Shown here piece by piece: positions 1-9,585 of a stretch of 64,000 bases of DNA; within the stretch, counting starts at the first letter, position 1, and the number at the start of each line of letters is the position of its first letter. The position numbers and the translations under genes are program-made. The DNA is from a virus (taxonomy: Duplodnaviria > Caudoviricetes): positions 32,001 to 96,000 of the IMG/VR virus record IMGVR_UViG_3300029288_000075; one strand, 5' to 3'. The notes under the pieces were generated by a model. That model was given only the letters and a program-made list of their open reading frames with translations. It was not told the DNA's origin and ran no database searches.

Positions 1-1936
1 CACCCTTGGGGCATTCGCCCACGACTTCATCGTGGACTTGCAAGCACATCATGTACTCCAAGCGCTCCCGCAGGTCCACGTCTTCGTAGAGTCGGGTCAT
101 CGCCATCTTGCAAGCTTCAGCAGCGGTGCCTTGGATTGGCATGTTCGAAGCCTGACGCTGTGCTCTGAACCGCACGAAGTTTCGTGGTGACGTGATGTCC
201 GGTAGGCGTCGTCGTCTTCCTAGGAATGTGAAAGCGGCCTTGTATTTCGTAGCGTCGTCCACTGCCTCGTCGAAGAAGTGCCTCACGGCGGGGTAGCGGT
301 CCATGTACTGGGCAATCTTTTCTTCGGCTTCCTCTTCTCCGCATCCCATTCGAGCGGCCATGGCACGCGCTTTCATTCCGTAGTTCAGACCGAAGCCTAT
401 CGTCTTTGCGTCTCCGCGGGCTTTGAGGCATTGAAGTACCGCCTTGGTCATGGCAGACGCAGGCAACTTTCCAGCCTTCACCTCCTTGTCTATTTTCTTG
501 GCGGCCACGATGTCGTCGTAGGGGATATCGAACACCAGTGACGCATTGCCCATGTGGATGTCCCAGTCCTTCTGGAAGATCTCGATCATGGCCGGTTCGT
601 TTGCCGCAGCAGCTAGAAGGCGCATCTCCAGCTGACTGTAGTCGGCGACTACCATCTCGTTCCCATCGGAAGCAATGAATGCCTCGCGCAGGTGGAAGCG
701 GTCCTTCTCCCCTGTCGTGACGTTCTGCATATTGGGGTCAGACGAGCTCAACCGGCCTGTCCTGGCAACGTCCTGGTTGAGCTTCATGTGCACGCGGTCG
801 TTTTCGTCGAGACGTGCAGGCATCTTTTGTATGTAGGTGCTGTACTGCTTGGAGATGGCGCCATGCTCCAGAAGCAACCCAGCCACTTTTCCTGCCTTCG
901 AACCTAGCTTGTAGTCCCTGACGTACTCGAGGAACTTACCATCGATGGATGGCTTGCGTATGCCGCTCTTGCCCCCTTTGGTCATCTTGTGGGGTTTGAT
1001 GCCTTGCTCTTCGCAGAAGTAGCGTGCTAGCTCTGCTGAGCTGTTTGGCTTCAGCACACGCCCGACGATGCTGTTGATCTCAAAGCGTAGACGCTCTAAG
1101 TCTTTGAGGATCCCAGGGCTGATGCTTTCTAGGCGTAGGCGGTCTACACGCAGCCCATTGCGCTCGCAGGCAAATAGTACTCGCGTGAAGGGCATCTCGG
1201 TGCGGTAGTAGTAGTCGTACATCGTCACGATGTGAGGCCACCGGTCGTCATAGAAGCTTTGGGTGCATGTATCTGCCAGCTCTTTATTCAGTACCTCATA
1301 CAGCTTCCATGTCGCGTACGCGTCGTTGGCAGCATAATCTACCAGCTTGTTCATGTTCGTGCGTTCGGCGTACTGCAGCACGTCAAGGGACGTCATCTGC
1401 GTAAAGCGGCCGCATCCAGTCTTCTTGCAGTACCCAGCACCCTTCTCATGGGAGGCCTGCGTCGAACCGCACACGCAGATTCCTTTGCGCACCTTACCGA
1501 AGGTGTCCTGGAAGTCGGTCCACTTCCAGTTCAGCATCTGCCATGCCATTTCCTTCAACCCGTGTGGGTCTTCGTCGTAAAGGAGAGCATGCATCACGGC
1601 CGTGTCGATCAGGTTGCCTCGAATGTCCATGCCAATGTTCGCGCACATGTGCGTGTCGAATTTGGCGTTGGCAAATACCCAGTTCTTGTTGCAGTCCCTG
1701 AACGACCGCTTGAAGGCCGGCATCGTCTCGATGGGCATGGTGATACGACGTTCTATGTCGTTCTTGCTCCAGGAGATTGACCAGTAGTAGGGTTGGCAAC
1801 GGATGATGTCCAAGCCGTTGGTTTCGGTATCGATAGCTACCGTGCGCTGGTCGTAGACTTCGCGGACTAGCCCATCTAGCTCGGAGCTGTCCAGTGTGTA
1901 GTACTCGGCGTCTGGTACGTTGAGGTTCCATGCCAT
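1..1936 (-). CDS. polA: DNA polymerase family A with 3'-5' exonuclease (3' end runs off window)
   Basis: Not in the ORF track; translated by hand from ATG 1936 (MAWNLNVPD...). ExoI AIDTETNGL, ExoIII DYAANDAYAT, motif A VADYSQLEMR, motif B AKTIGFGLNYG, NMPIQGTAA, motif C LQVHDEV. Confidence 0.95.
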   Translation of the reverse strand, partial: MAWNLNVPDAEYYTLDSSELDGLVREVYDQRTVAIDTETNGLDIIRCQPYYWSISWSKNDIERRITMPIETMPAFKRSFRDCNKNWVFANAKFDTHMCANIGMDIRGNLIDTAVMHALLYDEDPHGLKEMAWQMLNWKWTDFQDTFGKVRKGICVCGSTQASHEKGAGYCKKTGCGRFTQMTSLDVLQYAERTNMNKLVDYAANDAYATWKLYEVLNKELADTCTQSFYDDRWPHIVTMYDYYYRTEMPFTRVLFACERNGLRVDRLRLESISPGILKDLERLRFEINSIVGRVLKPNSSAELARYFCEEQGIKPHKMTKGGKSGIRKPSIDGKFLEYVRDYKLGSKAGKVAGLLLEHGAISKQYSTYIQKMPARLDENDRVHMKLNQDVARTGRLSSSDPNMQNVTTGEKDRFHLREAFIASDGNEMVVADYSQLEMRLLAAAANEPAMIEIFQKDWDIHMGNASLVFDIPYDDIVAAKKIDKEVKAGKLPASAMTKAVLQCLKARGDAKTIGFGLNYGMKARAMAARMGCGEEEAEEKIAQYMDRYPAVRHFFDEAVDDATKYKAAFTFLGRRRRLPDITSPRNFVRFRAQRQASNMPIQGTAAEACKMAMTRLYEDVDLRERLEYMMCLQVHDEVVGECPKG

Positions 1937-1939
1937 AGG

Positions 1940-1970
1940 TACGAAAAGGGAGGCCCGTGACGGACCTCCC
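1940..1970 (-). terminator. Intrinsic terminator-like hairpin after the SSB gene
   Basis: Minus strand GGGAGGTCCGTCACGGGCCTCCC hairpin followed by TTTTCGTA. Confidence 0.6.
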
Positions 1971-1985
1971 TATCCTTTCTGCAGC

Positions 1986-3332
1986 TTAGCGCGTGTACGC
2001 GCGTGCTCGATTTACTGGCTGTCGTTCTTCGCCGCTTTTCTTGGACTTCTTTTTTCGCGCAGGGCGATCGTCGTCGTCCTCGTCTTCATCTACCGGCTCC
2101 TCTTCTTCATCCTCGTCTCGGGTCTTGCGCTTGCGAGGTGGTTCGGCGTCTTCGTCTCGGGCTTTTCGCTTGCGCGGTTTCTCACTACCGTCGTCATCAT
2201 CTGACGGCGGTATGCCGAACAGGTCTTCCTGCTTGTCCAACGAGTCGGGGGCGAAGATCTTGTCCAAAGGAAGTGACTTGCGCAGGTCTTCTCCGTAGAC
2301 GTCTGGGATTGGGCGCGGGCCTAGGAATCCTACGATTTGCAGGATCTTCTGCGTACCTCCCCTGTTTCCAGTGGCTTGCGTCTCCACCAGCTTCACCTTC
2401 AGGTCTACGTCGAACAAGGTAGCTGGGTCCCCGTGGTCGCAGGATGTGCAGCGTGTAATGACGTCTAGGTACCCCGTATGCCCGCAGGCTCTGCAACGAA
2501 CTTCTTCATCGCGCAGGGTAGCTAGCTCCTCCTCGTCCAGGCTGGTTTCACTGAAGATGACTACGTCGGCAGAGCAGTTTTTGCATACCAGCGCCAACTC
2601 CTCGATGGAGTCCTGGGCGCCGCAGGTACGACAATGCTTTGACAGCTCATTCTGGTACTCCTGAAGGACACGCCACTGCGGGAAGTTCAAGGACCAGTGC
2701 ATGAGGTGGCCATCTTTCGACTCGTAGCCGGCAGACGCCATTTCGTCGTTGCGACGGGTGGAGCCTCGCGCCCACTCGTAGTAGGGGTCACCCGAATTGG
2801 GGTTCCTTCGTGTTTTACCTTCTGCGTCAACCTGGGGGATCTTGTAGAACGGGGCCTGCACCAGCACAGTGAAAGCCCATCGCTCCGACCGATTCATGGA
2901 TTTGGGGCTCTTGGACCTGTTGCGATTGCGCATTCGCCACTCGTACCAGAACCAGTCCGCAGCAATGCACGGGTCCCCCTTTCCCTTGAATCGGCCTAGT
3001 GGGCCCTCAGAACCGATACAGCCGCGTTGCCTAGGTCCATGGAAGTAGGACATGTACGTGTAGAACGGCAACACGTCGGCAACGATGTTACCGTCGTCGT
3101 CCTTCACGTAGTCTTTGGCTTCTTCATCGATGAGTGGAGTCTCGTAGCTCCCTGGGATTAGACGGATGATATCTGCCTTGCCATGAATCACGGGAACGAA
3201 CTTGTCCCTGAAGTAGTAGCCTCCGCCTCCTCCGCTTTTCTGAGTTCTTGTGGAGGATCTCTTCATTTGCTGTGCCAGGCTCATTCGCGTCTGTACGTAG
3301 CCTGGTCCGCTTTTGCTTTTGCCGAATGCCAT
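1986..3332 (-). CDS. Putative T4 gp32-like single-stranded DNA-binding protein with Zn-ribbon insertion
   Basis: IIRLIPG resembles the gp32 IRFLP strand; four CxxC pairs; charged low-complexity C-tail; lies between polA and primase. Confidence 0.6.
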   Translation of the reverse strand: MAFGKSKSGPGYVQTRMSLAQQMKRSSTRTQKSGGGGGYYFRDKFVPVIHGKADIIRLIPGSYETPLIDEEAKDYVKDDDGNIVADVLPFYTYMSYFHGPRQRGCIGSEGPLGRFKGKGDPCIAADWFWYEWRMRNRNRSKSPKSMNRSERWAFTVLVQAPFYKIPQVDAEGKTRRNPNSGDPYYEWARGSTRRNDEMASAGYESKDGHLMHWSLNFPQWRVLQEYQNELSKHCRTCGAQDSIEELALVCKNCSADVVIFSETSLDEEELATLRDEEVRCRACGHTGYLDVITRCTSCDHGDPATLFDVDLKVKLVETQATGNRGGTQKILQIVGFLGPRPIPDVYGEDLRKSLPLDKIFAPDSLDKQEDLFGIPPSDDDDGSEKPRKRKARDEDAEPPRKRKTRDEDEEEEPVDEDEDDDDRPARKKKSKKSGEERQPVNRARAYTR

Positions 3333-3370
3333 ATGTACCTTCTTGTGCCTCTTCGGGCGATTTTTTGCGC

Positions 3371-4339
3371 TCAGAACAACGTGAGCAGGTTGTGGTTTGG
3401 TGCTTTGTCTATGAGCCTTCTGAGTTTCCTTGTCGGTATGTCAGTAGGCTGCGGAGCATCGTACAACACAACGCGGAGGTCGGTTGTAGTTTCTTCAAGC
3501 TCTTTGCAGATTTGTATTGTCCCGTCGATGCCGGCCTGGTCGTTGTCCAGCATAAGAATGAGAGAGTTCGTGAGTTTTTGCAGTATCCATCGCTGAGCCC
3601 AGCTCATGTGCTTGGTCATCAGAGCTACCACGTTGGTGATCCCTGCCTGCCAGAGCCACATGCAGGCTTTGAACCCTTCTACGACCACTAGAGGGCCATC
3701 TACTTCTTGCGTCATCAGGGGGAAGATGATGTGGGAGTTCCAGAGCAATTTCCCCTTGTCCGTTTCATATGGAGGAAGATCCCAGACGCGATACTCTTCG
3801 TGGTAGACCTTATACCTGGGCTTCTGCTTCTTCCGCATGGCCCTACCGCTGATTCCTACTAGGTTTCCGTGCATGTCGCGCAACGGGAAGGTGATTCGGT
3901 TGTGATCTTCGTCCACCCCTATCTCGAAATGCAGTAAGGTCTCTTCCGTGAATCCTTCATCCAGCAGGTCTAGCGGGCACTTGTGGAAGACCCCCAGTAG
4001 ATCCCCAGGGATGTGCATGTTGGTGTCGTGGACCACTACACCCGGGTTTGCGGGGTCTGGGGGCGGAGGTAGGTTGGTCTTGATCTCCTCCAGCGTGCAT
4101 CCGTAGTGGTGCCGAATCTGCTCTCGAGTGTGTCCGGTGTTTCGTAGGAACTGCTGAAAGTTCCCGCTGGCGCCGCAAGAGAAACAGATGTAGAGCCCGG
4201 TTTGGATGCTCATGGAGAACGAGGGGTCTTTGTCGTCGTGGAACGGGCAGCGTGCCACTACGTTGTAGGCACCAGCAGGCCGTATGGGTCCGTCCACCTG
4301 CGCCTCGAGGGCGCTCATGATCTTTTCCTTTACGCTCAT
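3371..4339 (-). CDS. DnaG-type DNA primase (CHC2 Zn finger + TOPRIM)
   Basis: CPFHDDKDPS...CFSC; VVVEGFKA; MLDNDQAG. Confidence 0.93.
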   Translation of the reverse strand: MSVKEKIMSALEAQVDGPIRPAGAYNVVARCPFHDDKDPSFSMSIQTGLYICFSCGASGNFQQFLRNTGHTREQIRHHYGCTLEEIKTNLPPPPDPANPGVVVHDTNMHIPGDLLGVFHKCPLDLLDEGFTEETLLHFEIGVDEDHNRITFPLRDMHGNLVGISGRAMRKKQKPRYKVYHEEYRVWDLPPYETDKGKLLWNSHIIFPLMTQEVDGPLVVVEGFKACMWLWQAGITNVVALMTKHMSWAQRWILQKLTNSLILMLDNDQAGIDGTIQICKELEETTTDLRVVLYDAPQPTDIPTRKLRRLIDKAPNHNLLTLF

Positions 4340-5742
4340 GCTGCTCGTTTGGGTACGCGGATGGTGAGACGGTCTATACGGCTCTTCGCAATTTGCGTCG
4401 CACTTGCTACCGGCTTCTCTCCCTTCTTCTTGGAGGCTCCTGATGCCCTCTCGTCTTTGCGTGCTTCTCGCTCGTTGATTTTCTCCACTTCCCGTTCATC
4501 CAGGGGCTCGATGTACGAGAAGTCTTCTGCACAATCTGCGTAGATACGACAGCCGCTGAACTGCCATTCACGCGATCCACCAACAATCAGGCTTACTACG
4601 TCTTTCCCGTTGTAGTCAGGATGTCGCGGCTCGTTGATGACGCGAAGTACTGCAGTGGCATCCTGGCCAACAGAGTCAGAGAAGGCAATTTCGTCGAGGT
4701 TTGCTTGCTGGTTCCCTGCGGCTGCTCGGTTCGCCTGCAGGCTGGCTACTACGGGTGTCTTCAGGTTGAGGATCATCTGTCGAACGTCCCTAGAGATGTT
4801 CTGCACTCTGAAGTTGTCTTTCTGTCCTTTGCCCCCTCGGGCATCCTTCATCAAGTACATGCCGTCAATGAAGATGATGCCTGGCTTGTACTTCTCTGCC
4901 TTGGCCTGCAGCCAGTCCACCGTATCGCCACCTTGGCTGTCCTTACCGTCCAGGATGATGATGTCCTGGAAACGCTGCAGGTCGCGGCAGGCGTTCTTGA
5001 TGCGCTCCATGTACTCGCGCTGTTCGAACGTCAGTCGACCGTGCCTGTAGTCCTGGTAGTTGACTTCTCCCAGGCAGGCAGTGATACGGCGCATGAGGTT
5101 GTCCGCGGTCATTTCCTTGGTGTAAATGAGCGGCGTTTTGCCCTGCAGGAACATGCTGGCTATGAAAAAGGTAAGCATCCACGACTTCTTGCTCTTCGGG
5201 CGTCCGTAGAACACGATGTAGTCGTCATCCTGCACACCTCCAGTGGCTTCGTTGAACACGTCCCATGGCCATTTTGCTACCGAGGTGTCGACCCCGGCCT
5301 GCCGCATGTCGTGGTCTTCTAGGTTTCTCTCGAAGGCATCTACTAGGGATACGTCTGACTGCGCTCCGTACCCAATAGCCAAGACGTTTCTTTGCAGTCG
5401 CTCAACGGCGTGTGATGCGGCTTCTAGGGGGTCGTCGGAGCTGTTGATGATCTCTCTGGATACTGTTTGTAGTTCGAGCCTATGCCGGTTCCGACGAACG
5501 CTGGTGCACAGCGCCTCGAGGGTCATGCCTCTGTCGTGGCAGATGGTGAAATCTGGCCATAGGTTCTTTACTGCGTTTACGCCCAGTTGCCCGCGCTTGT
5601 TCCTCGGGTCTCTTGCGGCTCGTACTAGCCCTTGAAATACGTCTCTTCCTTCGTCGGTGATGAAGTCCCGTTCTTGTATGCCCCAGCTACCGGTTGCTTC
5701 AGAGAGCGACCCGTTCTTGACGATGTAGCTGAGCAGCTGCAT
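4336..5742 (-). CDS. DnaB-like (SF4) replicative helicase
   Basis: Walker A GRPKSKKS, KEM, IFIDGMYLM, SLQANR, SDSVGQDAT; overlaps the primase start. Confidence 0.88.
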   Translation of the reverse strand: MQLLSYIVKNGSLSEATGSWGIQERDFITDEGRDVFQGLVRAARDPRNKRGQLGVNAVKNLWPDFTICHDRGMTLEALCTSVRRNRHRLELQTVSREIINSSDDPLEAASHAVERLQRNVLAIGYGAQSDVSLVDAFERNLEDHDMRQAGVDTSVAKWPWDVFNEATGGVQDDDYIVFYGRPKSKKSWMLTFFIASMFLQGKTPLIYTKEMTADNLMRRITACLGEVNYQDYRHGRLTFEQREYMERIKNACRDLQRFQDIIILDGKDSQGGDTVDWLQAKAEKYKPGIIFIDGMYLMKDARGGKGQKDNFRVQNISRDVRQMILNLKTPVVASLQANRAAAGNQQANLDEIAFSDSVGQDATAVLRVINEPRHPDYNGKDVVSLIVGGSREWQFSGCRIYADCAEDFSYIEPLDEREVEKINEREARKDERASGASKKKGEKPVASATQIAKSRIDRLTIRVPKRAA

Positions 5743-5775
5743 TTCGGGGTGAGCCGTGGCTACTGCGCTCCTGTT

Positions 5776-5818
5776 CTACGAAAAAGGGGAAGCCATGCTG
5801 CCGAGAGGCGTGGCTTCA
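5776..5818 (-). terminator. Intrinsic terminator-like hairpin
   Basis: Minus strand GAAGCCACGC...GCATGGCTTC hairpin followed by CCTTTTTCGTAG. Confidence 0.55.
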
Positions 5819-5887
5819 GTCAATTCGAAATGGGGATGACCCCAAGCAGTAGTGGTACCAACTCACGTATCGCACTACTGCTTGGGG

Positions 5888-6205
5888 CTACACCTGCTCA
5901 GCTTCGGCGGTCTGCTTTGCTCGCTCTCCTATGCCGGAGGGTTCCGACACCATGAGAGGCCTGCCGGCAGGCTGCACGAACACTCTATCGGCGATGTCCG
6001 CTTCCATACAGGCCCGCAACTCTGCCAACTTGTCCAGTGTGGTCTTGGACCACTGGTTACCCGTAGTCTCACCGTACGTGTTGCCAGTTTCGGTGTTGAC
6101 GTAGGCGGCATGGGCGACCAGCACAAGTGGTGATGACGCAAAGCTTATGGCGTCGATGTCCAGCACGGCAACGGCGTTGAACGCCGGGACTCCTACAACA
6201 GGCAT
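5888..6205 (-). CDS. Hypothetical protein
   Basis: ORF coupled to the upstream gene (TGATG overlap). Confidence 0.65.
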   Translation of the reverse strand: MPVVGVPAFNAVAVLDIDAISFASSPLVLVAHAAYVNTETGNTYGETTGNQWSKTTLDKLAELRACMEADIADRVFVQPAGRPLMVSEPSGIGERAKQTAEAEQV

Positions 6206-6510
6206 CAGCCACCTTCCTCTTCTACGAGCAGTTCCCAGCCATCGTTCAGAAGTTCGCAGGCTTTGTTGAACGCCAGCCCGCCCGCCTTGTTGATGGCTGA
6301 CTTGTTCTGGTCGCAGTGCAATGTGACGGAAGCCTGTACGCGCACCGAGCCAAAATCCATGCTGCGTCCCACGGACATGGTTACACCGGCTGGTTGTTTT
6401 TCAAGGTCCTTCCAAAGCCTTGTGTACTTGTCTTCGGACAGCACGCCTTCTTCGGTACTGGCCTTCTTCGGAGCCTTGGGTGTTCTGGTCACGGTGAAGG
6501 TACCGGTCAT
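6205..6510 (-). CDS. Hypothetical protein
   Basis: Tightly packed in the operon, ATGA overlap. Confidence 0.65.
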   Translation of the reverse strand: MTGTFTVTRTPKAPKKASTEEGVLSEDKYTRLWKDLEKQPAGVTMSVGRSMDFGSVRVQASVTLHCDQNKSAINKAGGLAFNKACELLNDGWELLVEEEGG

Positions 6511-6986
6511 ACTTCAAGCTTTTCAGGCTTGTGATATGCAGCGCGCATGGATTTGAACTCCTTCACGCAGTCTGCGGGGATTTTGCCGCTGGCGATGGCA
6601 GATTCCACCTTGGCCTTGTCCACCTTGTACGCAGTGACACGCACTGTAGACCCACCGTAGGCCAAGAATAGCTCCTTGCCCAACTCTTCGAACATCTTCT
6701 CGCCGTCGTACTGGGGGGTGTAGGAGTAGAGGTCGAACGGGCCACAGGACACTCCTCGGGTGCGTACTGCCTTTTCTGCTGCCTCTAGTGCGGTGTTGTA
6801 CCGCTGCACGATGTCGGTGTAGAGACGGAATATCTCCGGGTGGTCTGCTTTGAGTCCCTCTAGCTCCTGCTTTACGTCCATGAAGTCTGACACTTCTTGG
6901 ATGTCGTCGGCCGACACGCGCTTGGCTGTGGCTTCCTGCGCGCTGGTTGTTTTGGGAGTGCTTTTCTTGCTCTTCTTGCTTGCCAT
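6507..6986 (-). CDS. Hypothetical protein (helical N-terminus)
   Basis: Tightly packed ORF in the replication operon. Confidence 0.65.
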   Translation of the reverse strand: MASKKSKKSTPKTTSAQEATAKRVSADDIQEVSDFMDVKQELEGLKADHPEIFRLYTDIVQRYNTALEAAEKAVRTRGVSCGPFDLYSYTPQYDGEKMFEELGKELFLAYGGSTVRVTAYKVDKAKVESAIASGKIPADCVKEFKSMRAAYHKPEKLEV

Positions 6987-6987
6987 G

Positions 6988-7818
6988 TTAGGGATCTGGC
7001 CTTTCTATATCGGGATCTGTGTCGTAGTCGGGGGTTACACCGGTGACTTCTTCGTGGTGAGCACGGTATAGGGAACGCGCAAATATCATGTCTTCAACGA
7101 ATGCGTCAAACGCGTTGTCCTTGCCGTCGTCTTGGGATGCATCCCAGACCTCTGTGATGCTGTGCGTGATCAGCATTTGGTAGCGTACGAGGAAGGGGTC
7201 TACCGGCGTTATCTCTACGCCCTTGACCTTGCGCGTCCATTCCTTCTTTTTCTTCGACAGGTTTGGTACGTGGGTCACTCCAGGGATTGCAATGGTTCGC
7301 GTGGTACCTCGGTCCGCCTTGATGCTGACGCTTTGGCCTGATAAGGAGGCTGCCACGGTAGCCCCCAGTGCCACGATTAGCACTGGGTCCACGATGTAGA
7401 TCTCCTCGTTTAGCCGGGCACGGCAGGCACGCAGAGGCAATACGGCCGGTGGTTGGGGGATGACTACGTATCGTTCCCTTCCCTGGAAGTTGGCTCGTAC
7501 TTCACGTTCTCCGTCGTCACCCAGCTTGAAGGCATTGCTTTGACACGCCAGCAGGTAGGTGAAGTAGACGGGGCGCATCTTCAACCCCTCCACGCAGTGT
7601 AGTAGGGTTGCCCTACTTTCCTTGTCGGAGAATACTGCGCCCTTGCGGTTGTCTGAATAGGACGGTGACTCACCGATGAACATGATGCCTTCGTACTCCC
7701 CGCCACCTAGGAGTACTTCGGTCTCATTGTATTCTCGAGTAACGTGCAATTCGCACTTCTGGCAGCCTGCCCATTCGTTGGCGAGCTGCTCTATGTCTTT
7801 CCTTGCGTCAAGTACCAA
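6988..7818 (-). CDS. Uracil-DNA glycosylase family 4-like protein (divergent)
   Basis: CQKCELH, IMFIGESP, LACQ, RACR (Fe-S Cys pattern), PVLIVALGATVA. Confidence 0.8.
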   Translation of the reverse strand: MVLDARKDIEQLANEWAGCQKCELHVTREYNETEVLLGGGEYEGIMFIGESPSYSDNRKGAVFSDKESRATLLHCVEGLKMRPVYFTYLLACQSNAFKLGDDGEREVRANFQGRERYVVIPQPPAVLPLRACRARLNEEIYIVDPVLIVALGATVAASLSGQSVSIKADRGTTRTIAIPGVTHVPNLSKKKKEWTRKVKGVEITPVDPFLVRYQMLITHSITEVWDASQDDGKDNAFDAFVEDMIFARSLYRAHHEEVTGVTPDYDTDPDIERPDP

Positions 7819-9577
7819 CGTTACCTCCTGTGCCTGGCACCCTTATACCGGTGACGCCCATTCTTCTTCTCAAGGACGGATGGTCCACCAGCGTGTAATG
7901 GAAGGGTCCCCCTTCTTCGGGGGGCCAGTTGCGTAGATGGCGGCGTAGTTTGATGCATTGCCCGATTAGAGGGGACACGTTATCCTCGAGGAACACCAGC
8001 TCGGAGTTCTTCTTGTCCCGTGGCCTACCCATGATCTGCTGGAGGGTGTTCCTGTCGGATACGGGTTCGCAGACCACGATGGCCGAGAGCTTTTTGTCGT
8101 CTAAGCCCTCTCTTCCGTACTTCATGATCGCGAAGATGACCTGCCTTTTTGCCAGCATGTCCATTCGTGTGGGCGGGTCCACCACTTCAGTGAAAAGACC
8201 TGATGTGCTGGGCTTCTTCAGGAGCTTTTGGAGGAACTCCTTTTGCCTACGTCGTAGTTCCCGTTCGGTCTTCTTCCATACCTCGTGCTGTCGTAGTTCT
8301 TCCTGGTACCTCTCGAGGCGTTCTTGGAAGGCCACCCTGTTTCCAGCGGTGAGGCTGTGCCCGTTTCGTCGCAGGTTTCTTTGTATCTCACGAATGGTGT
8401 TGGTGATACGTGTAAGGTATGCCTTCTTCAGTTCTACAGGCTCGATGTCTTCGCCGACGTCGGCACCCGTGGGGTACGGGATCTCGGTGTACAGACGGGT
8501 ACTGTCGTTGTTTTCTGTCCACAGCGTCATGAGGTTGATGACTTCGTCTACCGAGTAGGACAGCACAATTACCTTGTGCCCGTCGTCCACAAGACGACGC
8601 ACTACCGGTAGGACCACCTTGGTGAGGCGTTCTCTGCTGGCTCCGAAGAAGCCAGCAAGCTTTCCAAGGTGCAACTCTCCGTTCTTGGCGCATACCCCTA
8701 CGCGGGTCGCACTGGAATCCATATCTATGGAGAAATCGGTCCACTTGAAGTAGATCTTCGGAGGGTGGTCTTGAACCACATCCTTGAAGATGACGTCTCC
8801 TACGTGGTACTGACAAACCACGTGACTTCCGTCTGGTCGGTTCGGCGTTGCCGTCAGGGCTAAGCGATAACCGTAGAAAAGTGGGGCTGACTTGGAGAAG
8901 ACGGGGGCGCTCACGTGATGTCCCTCGTCCCACACAACCAGACCGAACTTCCTGCGAACCTCTTCGGGCATTGTCTCTGCCCAGTTGGCCAGCGTCTGGT
9001 ACGTGGCCATTACGACGTCCTTGTCCCAGTCTTTTACATCGCCCTGTATGAGGCCAACGCCCCCTGGCACGTCGAGATGACGTTCGATTTCCTCCATCCA
9101 TTGGTGCAGCAGGTGCGTGTTGTCTACGGCAATCAAGACCGGTACTTGCAGTAGCGCTGCGAAGTGAAGCGCCACCACGGTCTTGCCTTTACCGCAGGCC
9201 AGTTGTAGCGTCCCGCCGGTGGCCCGTAGCAGTGCTTCCACTGCCTTGCGTTGTATTTTCTTGCCGGTAGGTTGGAGCACCCCGCCAGGGCCTGGCTTAT
9301 GGTCTAGGTGGATGCGGCTGGTGATGTTGGTGCGTTCGTACTGTGCTGGTCTGCAGTCGATGCACTCAAAGGGCAAGTCCGCTGGCTTCCAGAAGGCTCG
9401 AGGCACCACCAGGTGGTGCTCCGACTCCCGCCAGAGTCGGAGGCACCTGATCGTGTTTCGGTCTGATAGCTCGAACTCGAGCGCGCTTTTGACTCCATCA
9501 ACGTTCACCAAGTGCTTTGGAATCCAAAGCATGTCGTCTAAGTACCCTTTGTCGGGGTCGCGCCGAATGAGCTTCAT
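7808..9577 (-). CDS. Superfamily 2 DExH helicase (XPB/UvsW-like)
   Basis: LACGKGKT, WDEGHH, LTATP, EGLD, QIMGR. Confidence 0.9.
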   Translation of the reverse strand: MKLIRRDPDKGYLDDMLWIPKHLVNVDGVKSALEFELSDRNTIRCLRLWRESEHHLVVPRAFWKPADLPFECIDCRPAQYERTNITSRIHLDHKPGPGGVLQPTGKKIQRKAVEALLRATGGTLQLACGKGKTVVALHFAALLQVPVLIAVDNTHLLHQWMEEIERHLDVPGGVGLIQGDVKDWDKDVVMATYQTLANWAETMPEEVRRKFGLVVWDEGHHVSAPVFSKSAPLFYGYRLALTATPNRPDGSHVVCQYHVGDVIFKDVVQDHPPKIYFKWTDFSIDMDSSATRVGVCAKNGELHLGKLAGFFGASRERLTKVVLPVVRRLVDDGHKVIVLSYSVDEVINLMTLWTENNDSTRLYTEIPYPTGADVGEDIEPVELKKAYLTRITNTIREIQRNLRRNGHSLTAGNRVAFQERLERYQEELRQHEVWKKTERELRRRQKEFLQKLLKKPSTSGLFTEVVDPPTRMDMLAKRQVIFAIMKYGREGLDDKKLSAIVVCEPVSDRNTLQQIMGRPRDKKNSELVFLEDNVSPLIGQCIKLRRHLRNWPPEEGGPFHYTLVDHPSLRRRMGVTGIRVPGTGGNVGT

Positions 9578-9585
9578 ACTGCTTC

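Noticed and set aside
117-1931. Short ORFs listed in the track over 1-1936
   Set aside because: Shadow frames of polA, which the track missed because it has no stop in the window. The same applies to most antisense ORFs over the long genes.
2030-2185. Eukaryotic nuclear localisation signals (PRKRK) implying a eukaryotic virus
   Set aside because: SD sequences, operon coupling and the gene set are prokaryotic; the motif is more simply a low-complexity charged tail.
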